DNA of 64,000 nucleotides from Planctomycetota bacterium (lineage in GTDB: Bacteria > Planctomycetota > MHYJ01 > WSZJ01). Positions 19,301 through 26,515 of this stretch are shown here, in pieces (positions within the stretch are counted from its first letter, which is position 1; each line of letters opens with the position of its first letter). Location: the NCBI GenBank assembly GCA_038060895.1, contig JBBTCT010000009.1:240082-304081 (forward strand). The letters are read 5' to 3'. The position numbers and the translations under genes were made by a program. The notes beneath the pieces were generated by a model. The model saw nothing but the letters and a program-made list of their open reading frames with translations. It was not told where the DNA came from and made no database searches.

Positions 19301-20790
19301 TCAGCATCTCCGCCGGTTGCCTCGCCCACGCCGCCCACGTCCGCGCCCCCTGGCTCGCCCCTGCCTGCGCCCTCGTCCCCGTCGCCTTCGCCCTCGCCGG
19401 CCGCGCCCGCTTCGAATTCCCGCAGGGACGCCCCTGGCTCTTCACCGGCACAGCCGGCCTCGCTCTCGCCCTCATCCTCGGCGCCACCGGCTCCTCGCTC
19501 GAATTCGCAATCGTCGCCGCCATCGCCGCCGTCCCAGCCTTCGCCCTCTCCTGCTACGGCCCCGAACGCGAAGGCACCGCCGCCGCCTTCGCCGCCCTCG
19601 CGGCCGCCTCCGCCGCCGCCTTCGCTCACAACATGCACCTGCCCGCCGCCTGGATCCCTGTCGCCTGCGCGGCCGTCCCCGCTTCTCTCGTGGCCCTCGG
19701 CGCCTACGCCCATTTCCTCCCGCAGGGAAAACCCTGGGCCGCCACCTCCGCCGCCGCCCTCGCCATCGCCCTGAGCTACTCCCTCGTCCACGGCCCGCTC
19801 TCGTTTGCCGTCACCGCCCTCATCTGCGCCGGCGCGGCCGGAAGCGCCATCCGCTTCGCCCCCGCCACGCTGGCCGGAGTCGCCGCCCTCCTCTTCAACG
19901 CCAGCGTCACCGCCTTCCTCATCCACGCCGGCCTCGACGTCCGCGTCGCCGCGCCGCTCCTCGTGTCCCTCGCCTCCATGGAAGCGCTGGCCGCTTCGCT
20001 CGCCGGCTCGCGCACGGCGTCGCACTCGGTGTTCGCGGCCGCGGGCGCGCTCGCGTTCTCGGCGGTGGTCTGGGCCTTCGTGGGACCTCGTGGAGGCGAA
20101 GTCCACCTTCTCCCCGGAATGATCTCCCTCGGCATCGCGGCCGTCGCCGCTTCCGTCGCCGCGATAATCCGCCGGCAACCCTACCTCTGGGCCGTCACCG
20201 CCTGCGCCGGCGTCGCCGAGTTCTACCTCGCCCTCCGGCATTTCGACGTCACGACCCTCGAGGCTTACACCTTCCCGCCCGCGATCGCCCTCATCGCCTG
20301 GTCTCATTTCGCCACCCGCCGTACCGCCACCGTCGTCCCTGACGCGCCGCACGGGCCGGTCGTCGAAGCGGTGCTCAGCGACTGGGCGCGCCGGCAGGTC
20401 GCGACGCTTCATGAACAAATCGGCAGCGTCCGCCTTCTCGCGATCCTCGGCGCGCTCGTGCCGACGGTCTTCCTCGCCCTGCCGTCCTCCGAAGTCGCCC
20501 ACCTTCCGTACGCGCTCGGCGGAAGCGCCGCCGTGCTGGTGGCGGGCGTTCTCGCGCGCCGCAAAGCGGAAGCGGTCGCCGGGATTTGCGGGCTTGGCGG
20601 CCTGGTTGTCGTCAAGGCCATCGAGTGGATGGTGGAGCAGCAGCTCAGCGCGGCGTGGTGGATCCTGGTCGTCGGCGCGGCGCTGATCGGGTTCGTCGCG
20701 GTGTTCGAGGTCCGCAGGAGCTGGTACTTGAAAGGCAAGGGGGAGGCGGTGAGGAAGGTGGTTGAGGCTTACCTGGCGAAGTGGAGGTAG
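16396..20790 (+). CDS. Giant polytopic membrane protein (1464 aa) with N-terminal Zn ribbon; DUF2157/SCO7613-like
   Basis: CEFC...CPRC N-terminus, Pro/Ala linker, dozens of hydrophobic helices, 'LEAYTFPPA' near the C-terminus. Confidence 0.75.
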   Translation: MNAPAPAAARQLFHCEFCDAPLRDFMVFCPRCSLRLDAGQLALRRANVLLGEAGSWCKSGDLPSEIAERMLDKYRTEYGTAMTGLIARSPKFRSGAVPVANAVAPGASTPAAAASVVLAPPAAAPEPVEVPKPAENPPGWVTIPVDPAPPVAAAPVVLSTEPEDIPAAAPVEVVSMGADGRPRFAAPRHSAVRPQEPQEDLLFGVLSERHLNVLASVGIFAVFVAVVLLVYKGWEGYAAASKVGMIAAAAGASMGLGALLRSKTVLKTTGNALFVLGTLSTPIVFAAAAWYDLFSISDSVLGVAGAASSAALYAWLGRKKEFAYFSWLACASVIVGHGFLLDLCGVTGHDLAPGYGLLGAALAVLAARTRRKELEVSAGAVLIGSMIACVPLVIWGQLSPGIGLVGALAMCGGFVAMSAIHPLWMHGAWLAAGGASLAACRASHATWPAWPGGLAVAGALSLAGALKKHVRTEPLVAGGAALLLVAGIMCGMGYGSAKFPLADQALLFFAIVATPALAVTAWKRNEEPWALVSMVLPGAAFFAIRRLLELPVGWLPVGLGAYAAALYAFGRGTNVFARAATPVAIFSHVVAFLVCCYPGAAALSFLDADAARMARAIPHFWGDFAWRGAFAMLLPGLAILFARVRPDPHFLYGAQPSLLAALVFSAHALHLPGEWMTSLVAGASLAVVLATVRLEDVFRGPVRIMGGVAAVPAAIAGFVFWAQPEGATSLAASGALAVALGLFTSVEIPIALGAALLAASWASTSEIMFVAPRFLAVGALEFVPAAAASLVVQDAKKRIAALAGVGLVCSVEVMRMLARPDSWSAPGAALPALTLGLLAATSLALGFREKSADEPQEPAAWSGIGALLAMAAGGFVVLQIGVGADSRAAACAVIPAALVIAGALRLKSAQGLPWIALGSAGVLLSVAWSFNSGFASAAAATAVAAVPAMLLAFTGPSKEIASATGAGLLSISAGCLAHAAHVRAPWLAPACALVPVAFALAGRARFEFPQGRPWLFTGTAGLALALILGATGSSLEFAIVAAIAAVPAFALSCYGPEREGTAAAFAALAAASAAAFAHNMHLPAAWIPVACAAVPASLVALGAYAHFLPQGKPWAATSAAALAIALSYSLVHGPLSFAVTALICAGAAGSAIRFAPATLAGVAALLFNASVTAFLIHAGLDVRVAAPLLVSLASMEALAASLAGSRTASHSVFAAAGALAFSAVVWAFVGPRGGEVHLLPGMISLGIAAVAASVAAIIRRQPYLWAVTACAGVAEFYLALRHFDVTTLEAYTFPPAIALIAWSHFATRRTATVVPDAPHGPVVEAVLSDWARRQVATLHEQIGSVRLLAILGALVPTVFLALPSSEVAHLPYALGGSAAVLVAGVLARRKAEAVAGICGLGGLVVVKAIEWMVEQQLSAAWWILVVGAALIGFVAVFEVRRSWYLKGKGEAVRKVVEAYLAKWR

Positions 20791-20923
20791 AGCCGCGTTG
20801 CGAGTTTTGAGCGGGGAGGGGTGAGTAGGGGGTACTGGGTAGGAGGTAGGAAGAACATTCGATCGCGGGCGGATTCCCCGTGAAGCGGCTGCGGACTTCG
20901 GCATCGGATTGTTGAGGTGCGGC

Positions 20924-21844
20924 ATGACACTGAAGAGACGGCTTTGGGCGCCGGGCGCCATCGCGGTCGGGGCGATTTCCGCGATGGGCGCTTACGTGCA
21001 CTACAAATTCTCCCGCCCGGTCGGCAGCGGCCCCGCGGGTCCCTCCGTCGCGCGCGCGCCGTTTGAGAAACCGTGGTCCGCGCGGCCCGCGCTTCTCCTC
21101 GGCCTCGGCGACAGCGTGACGGCCGGATTCGGGTCAACGCGCGGGCATTCGTACTTCGACAGGCTGTACCAGAACCCGGCGGACGAGTGGGACGACATGA
21201 AGGGACTCTGCCTGCGAGCGGCGCTTCCTGGATTGACGGCTTCCAATCTCTCCCTGAGCGGCTCGACGTCGCTCGAACACATCGAGACGATCCGCGGCAT
21301 GAAGGCCGCGGCGCCGGACGTGCTCGGGATCGTCGTGATCACGACGGGCGGCAACGACGTCATTCACAATTACGGCCGGACGCCACCGCGCGAGGGGGCG
21401 ATGTACGGCGCTTCCTGGGAGCAGGCGCAACCCTGGATCGCGGCGTTCGAATCGCGCCTGGACGAAATGCTGATCGCGCTTCGCAAAAAATTCCCGGGAG
21501 GTTGCCACGTTTTCGTTGCGAACATCTACGACCCGACGGACGGGGAAGGGGACATTGCGAACGCGGGGCTTCCGGCGTGGAGCGATGGAATGAAGGTGCT
21601 GACGGCGTACAACGAGACGATCGCGCGAGTCGTGAAGCGGCACGACCACGCGCACCTGGTGGACATGCGCGGCGTGATGCTCGGCCACGGGATTCACTGC
21701 AGGCAGTCATGGGGGAAGCATTACGACGCGGGGGATCCGCACTACTGGTACTACTCGAATCTCGAGGACCCGAACGACAGGGGGTATGACGCGATCAGGA
21801 GGGTTTTCCTGTCGGCGGTGGCCGAAGTTATGGCCGGGAATTAG
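20924..21844 (+). CDS. SGNH/GDSL hydrolase
   Basis: LGDSVTAG, SG, TGGND; the DxxH equivalent reads EDPNDRGY (His replaced by Asp). Confidence 0.85.
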   Translation: MTLKRRLWAPGAIAVGAISAMGAYVHYKFSRPVGSGPAGPSVARAPFEKPWSARPALLLGLGDSVTAGFGSTRGHSYFDRLYQNPADEWDDMKGLCLRAALPGLTASNLSLSGSTSLEHIETIRGMKAAAPDVLGIVVITTGGNDVIHNYGRTPPREGAMYGASWEQAQPWIAAFESRLDEMLIALRKKFPGGCHVFVANIYDPTDGEGDIANAGLPAWSDGMKVLTAYNETIARVVKRHDHAHLVDMRGVMLGHGIHCRQSWGKHYDAGDPHYWYYSNLEDPNDRGYDAIRRVFLSAVAEVMAGN

Positions 21845-21862
21845 TCTGGTAGAATCCGGTGG

Positions 21863-23134
21863 ATGCTGCGGGCCGCTCTCATTGCCAGCCTTTCCGTGCT
21901 CAGTGCGCTCGTCGCGCGCGCCGAGAGCGCCATTCCTTCCGGCTTCGTCAAGGTCGAGAAGAACGGCGCCGTCCAGATTCACATGGCCAACGCCAAATGG
22001 ACGTCCAAGACGGAGTTCATGATCAAATTCAACGACCTGCAGAAATCGCTCAACGAGTTCTGGAAAGCGGACGTGGAATCTCTGAGCGCCGGGTCCAATT
22101 CGCGCTTCGAGGAGCGTGCGATTCCCAGGGTGGACCTCGTGATCTTCGACAACGAGGCGGATCACGATGACTTCATGATGAAGAACGGCGCGCCCGACGA
22201 TTCGCGCCCCGGTGCGCCGTCCGACACGGTCTACCTGATGCTCATCGACGGGAAAGTCAAGGGAGCCGGCTGGGAAGTTCTCGCGCGGCGGCTATCGAGG
22301 GCGTACGCGTGGCACGGCCTGTACTTCGGCCCTCCGCCCTGGCTCGATCGCGGCATGGCGGAGTACTTCGCTTTCGCGAACAAAGCGGTGAAACCGGCCG
22401 AATCGGAAGCGTATCTCGCAATGGTGGAGCGGTTGCACGAAGTGCAGACGCGCGGCGCGGAGAAACCGCTGGCCGACACGCTTTCCAACGCTGGCGAGAA
22501 CTGGACACGCGAGGATACCGACAACGCGTGGTGTCTCTGCCACGTGCTGATGACCGAGTGCAAGAACCTGGCGGTCGACCTGTGGGCGATTCTCAGCACG
22601 CAGCAGGGCTGCGCGTACGACCGGCGCGACGGCGTCATCAGTGACTCCCGGCGGCTTGTGAAGTACCAGCTCGAACGCGCGTTCGGCGGGACGGAGCCGC
22701 TTCAGGCCGGCTGGGACTGGCACCGCGACCAGGTGATCAAGGGCGGGGCGGGAATGGCGAGGCTGAAGAAGGCGCCTGGGTCGGTGCGGGACGCCACGGC
22801 GTTCATGGTCATCAGTTTTTCGGCTGTGGTGAAGTCGGCGAACTCGACGAGTCTGGAGACGGGCGGATTTTTCGCGTACAGCGGTCCCTGGCCCGGACCG
22901 ATCACGGTGACGGCGGCGCTCGCCGACAAATCGAAGTCCTTCGGCGGGGAAACGGAAATCGCCGGTGATCGATCGGACAAGCAGGGGACTCCGGCGAAAT
23001 GGAAAGAGAAGCGGATACCGGTGCCGGTGAGCTGGTGGAATGCGTTTCTTCGAGTGACGGTGAGGTGGGAAGTGGATGGCGGTGGGGTCTACCAGTTCTC
23101 CAGTGTGCGGGAGGTTTCGATCCCGAACCGGTAG
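21863..23134 (+). CDS. Secreted protein, degenerate gluzincin/DUF1570-like
   Basis: Signal peptide; PPWLDRGMAEYF resembles PxWLxEGxAEYF but HExxH is absent. Confidence 0.55.
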   Translation: MLRAALIASLSVLSALVARAESAIPSGFVKVEKNGAVQIHMANAKWTSKTEFMIKFNDLQKSLNEFWKADVESLSAGSNSRFEERAIPRVDLVIFDNEADHDDFMMKNGAPDDSRPGAPSDTVYLMLIDGKVKGAGWEVLARRLSRAYAWHGLYFGPPPWLDRGMAEYFAFANKAVKPAESEAYLAMVERLHEVQTRGAEKPLADTLSNAGENWTREDTDNAWCLCHVLMTECKNLAVDLWAILSTQQGCAYDRRDGVISDSRRLVKYQLERAFGGTEPLQAGWDWHRDQVIKGGAGMARLKKAPGSVRDATAFMVISFSAVVKSANSTSLETGGFFAYSGPWPGPITVTAALADKSKSFGGETEIAGDRSDKQGTPAKWKEKRIPVPVSWWNAFLRVTVRWEVDGGGVYQFSSVREVSIPNR

Positions 23135-23370
23135 TAAGGAGGTCGGGGCGGTTCGTGCCTTTGAAAAGGGGAAATGTAAGGTCGGGTGAACGTTCCCTCG
23201 ATGGGTAGACATAAGTAATTACATGCCATTGTGTTGCGTCATGATCCAGCGCTGCTTTCAGCGTTTTTAAGTAAGCCGCGCTGAACAATGGATCGACTGA
23301 CATGTGCCTATCACAGCCACAAACCCATTGATGCCAATACTTTGTGTCCGTGATCACCGCGTTGTCACAG

Positions 23371-23387
23371 GGGCACACCCTTTGCTT
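23371..23387 (+). promoter_or_regulatory. Candidate sigma54 (-24/-12) promoter
   Basis: GGGCACACCCTTTGCTT = GG-N10-GC with GGCAC and TTGC, about 50 nt upstream of the first FHA-CAP gene in an AT-richer spacer. Confidence 0.55.
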
Positions 23388-23437
23388 CCTCTGCCCCTCG
23401 CTCGTCCCTCTTTCCTCATCCTCACCGGAGACTCTTC

Positions 23438-26400
23438 ATGGTTCACCTGCTCGTGCGATTCGAAGGCGCCGAAGAGAAGTTCTCTTTCTCGCAGGACGTC
23501 ATCACACTGGGACGAGTCGCTTCCAACACGATCCAGGTCAAGGACGTCAAGGCCAGCCGCACTCACTGCGAGATCCGCAGAACGGATGCGGGCTGGAAAC
23601 TTGTGGACCTCGAGTCGTCGAACGGGACGACGGTCAACGGCACGAAGGTGAACACCCACGCTCTGGTCCCCGGCGACGTCCTGTCGATCGGCGCTTTCGA
23701 AATGGTTTTCGAGCCCGCCGAGGCCAGTGCCGTCAAGGTTCCTGAAAAGAAGCACGAGGAGCCGATTGAAAAGACCGTCGTGGACAAAGCTCCGTCCAAG
23801 GCTCATCCCCATCTTCATCACGCTGGCGCGGCATCGGAAGCCCCTGCGATGGCGGTTTCCGAGGCCGCTGCCAAGCGTCGTCTCACCTCAATCCTCGTCA
23901 AGAGCGGCGTCGCCGCCGCGGTCCTCATCGCGGGCGTCATCGCGCTGAACTCGATGCGCGGCGAGTGGGCCCGCCGGGACGCCCAGGAAGCCGCCTATAA
24001 TTCCGCGATCAAGCTCGCCGATGCCGGCGAACTCTCCGACGCCGTGACACGGCTCGAATCCTTCGTCAGCAGCAGGCCCGATTCCGATCTCGCGAAGAAA
24101 GCGTCCGCCAAACTGGGCGAGCTGAAAGGCGTCATCGCGAAGCGGACCGAAGAATCCGCCCGCCGGTTTGAAAAAGTCGTCGCAGAACTCCTGGCCCGCC
24201 AGCACGCCACCAGCGCCGCCGTCCGCTTCGACAGCGCGCGATCGCAGGTCGACGCCTACCTCTCGAGCGGCGATTTCTCCGCCGCCGTCGACGAGGCCAA
24301 GCGCTTCATGATGGATTACACCGAAGGCGAGTCGCACGACCGCATGGCGTCCCTGCTCAAGAAGGCCCTCGGCCTGGCCGCGACGGCCTGGGACGACCTG
24401 GAAGCCGAAGCCAACGCCCTCGTCAAGGCGGAGAGATACGCCGAGGCGACGGCCCTTCTCGCCGACGCGCAGGACCGCTTTGCGGGAACGCGCTACGGTT
24501 ACGAGGTCGCTTCCAAGGTCCGCGCCATCGGCCGCCTGTCGGGCGTGACCGCGGCCTACGCTTCCGGCGCCCCCGAAATGTCGGCCCAGGCGCAGGAATC
24601 GATGCTGGCCGTGTCGGACCTGGTGAAGGCGCGGCAGTACGCAGCGGCGCTGAAGGCGTACGACAAAGTGGTCGGCGCGATGGCAGAGAAGGAGCGCGCG
24701 GCCTTTGCGGCGCGGCGCGAGGACATCGCGCGCGAAGCCGGCATTTTCGGGAAGCTTCTCGCAGCGATCAACGACGGCGGCATGAAGGACTACGCGATCG
24801 ACCTCGGCGGCTCCGTGACCGGCCACCTGTCGCAGGCCTCGGACCTCGGCGTCACGATCGAGTTCAAGGACCAGACAGGGAAGGGCGGGACGACCGGACG
24901 CAAGTGGGTGCAGGTCCCGGGCGCCGAAATGCTGGCTTACTTCCGGCAGCTGAAGATGGACGCGATGGAACTGCTCGGGCTGGCGGCCTTCTGCTACGAC
25001 AACCGGCTGCCGCAGGACGGCGCGGACATCCTCAACGACCTCATCAAGGAGCAGGGCTCGATGCAGTCGCCGGCCTACCAGTTCATCGCCCGCGTCCGGT
25101 CCATGGGCGTGCCGAGCGACGGCTTCGTCTTCTTCGAGCGCGGCTGGTACACCCACACGGAATACCTGTACGCGAAGCTGGATTACAAGGCGAAGAAGGC
25201 CGCGACGATGATCGGGAAAATCGACGCGAAGCTCGCGGACCAGGGATATGCGATCTACCAGGAGCTGAAGGGCGACTCCACCCTCGAAGCGGAGTTCATG
25301 GCGAAGGCGACCGGGTACTTCCTGACGGCGCTTCAGGAGAAGCGCCAGGGGATCATGAACGGCCTGAAAAACTCTCAGAACATTGCGAATTTCAAGGCGC
25401 TTCAGGAACTCAAGAAAGAGCTGAACAAGCGCCGGGCCGCGGCGATCGCGATCATCTACGACAAGACGATTTATCCGGACGAGAACCACGGGATTGAAGG
25501 GCAGCCGAAGGTGGACGACGCGGTGGCGCTGGTGAGGGAGCTGTGGGACAAGCCGCTGGCGGTCGTGGCGCGGCTGGACGACGGCGTCCGGGTGCTGGTC
25601 GAGGCCGGCGAGAAGACGAACGCGTGGCTGAAGGAGATGGGGGAAGCGGGGGACGAGGCGGCGATGGAGGAGTACGAGCTGCTGCTGGGGCACGTCAACG
25701 AGACGCTGAACCTGAAGAACGTGTGCCTGGACAAGACGGAGCAGAAGCTGCGCGACTACAACAAGCGGGTTGCCGCCTACAACAAGACCGGCGGCGAGAC
25801 GCAGATGGTGGGCGTGGAGATCGAGTGCGCGAAGATCACGAACGAATACCGCGAGATGATGGGCCGTGCCTACCTGGAACTGGACGACATGCTCGGGAAG
25901 TGCGCGAAAAAGCACAGCCAGGAGATGATTGATCTCGCGTATTTCGCGCACGAGTCGCCGACGGCCCGGCTCCGGACGCCGGGCGACCGTGCGAAGGTAG
26001 AAGGGTATTTGGGGGGCGTGGGCGAAAACATCGCGATGGGTTACGGCGACGCGCGGTCGGCCTTCATGGGCTGGTACAACTCGAGCGGCCACCATCGCAA
26101 CATGCTTTCGGACAGCTGGAACCACATCGGCCTCGGCGCCATCGGCTCGATGTGGACGGAGAACCTCGGTCGCGGCACGAGTCATCTCGGCAGCAAGGCC
26201 GACGACGGCAAAGCTTCTGCGGGCGGGCCGAAACCGAAGAATCCGGTGCGCGCAGGCGTCGATGGACTGCCGACGCGCGGCGAGAAGGAGAAGGGCGCCA
26301 GCAACAAGCCGGCGGCCGGTGGCGACAAGTCCGCGGGAAAGGACCAGCCGGAGAGCCCGCACAAACAGCCTGACGGCAAATGCACGGGCACGACGCCGTA

Positions 26401-26470
26401 TGATGGGGGCATCGGGAACCAGGAAGGTGACGGGAAGAAGAAGGATGCCGGGTCCGAAGAAAAGAAATAG
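23438..26470 (+). CDS. FHA - TM - helical/TPR-like - CAP(SCP) domain protein, paralogue 1
   Basis: FHA motifs LGR, SRTH, DLESSNGT; one TM; CAP motifs HSQEM, YFAH, GENIA, WYNSSGHHRNML. Confidence 0.88.
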   Translation: MVHLLVRFEGAEEKFSFSQDVITLGRVASNTIQVKDVKASRTHCEIRRTDAGWKLVDLESSNGTTVNGTKVNTHALVPGDVLSIGAFEMVFEPAEASAVKVPEKKHEEPIEKTVVDKAPSKAHPHLHHAGAASEAPAMAVSEAAAKRRLTSILVKSGVAAAVLIAGVIALNSMRGEWARRDAQEAAYNSAIKLADAGELSDAVTRLESFVSSRPDSDLAKKASAKLGELKGVIAKRTEESARRFEKVVAELLARQHATSAAVRFDSARSQVDAYLSSGDFSAAVDEAKRFMMDYTEGESHDRMASLLKKALGLAATAWDDLEAEANALVKAERYAEATALLADAQDRFAGTRYGYEVASKVRAIGRLSGVTAAYASGAPEMSAQAQESMLAVSDLVKARQYAAALKAYDKVVGAMAEKERAAFAARREDIAREAGIFGKLLAAINDGGMKDYAIDLGGSVTGHLSQASDLGVTIEFKDQTGKGGTTGRKWVQVPGAEMLAYFRQLKMDAMELLGLAAFCYDNRLPQDGADILNDLIKEQGSMQSPAYQFIARVRSMGVPSDGFVFFERGWYTHTEYLYAKLDYKAKKAATMIGKIDAKLADQGYAIYQELKGDSTLEAEFMAKATGYFLTALQEKRQGIMNGLKNSQNIANFKALQELKKELNKRRAAAIAIIYDKTIYPDENHGIEGQPKVDDAVALVRELWDKPLAVVARLDDGVRVLVEAGEKTNAWLKEMGEAGDEAAMEEYELLLGHVNETLNLKNVCLDKTEQKLRDYNKRVAAYNKTGGETQMVGVEIECAKITNEYREMMGRAYLELDDMLGKCAKKHSQEMIDLAYFAHESPTARLRTPGDRAKVEGYLGGVGENIAMGYGDARSAFMGWYNSSGHHRNMLSDSWNHIGLGAIGSMWTENLGRGTSHLGSKADDGKASAGGPKPKNPVRAGVDGLPTRGEKEKGASNKPAAGGDKSAGKDQPESPHKQPDGKCTGTTPYDGGIGNQEGDGKKKDAGSEEKK

Positions 26471-26515
26471 CCAGGGCCGCGTTACGGCCCTAAAGACAAC
26501 CTTGAGGGAAATACC

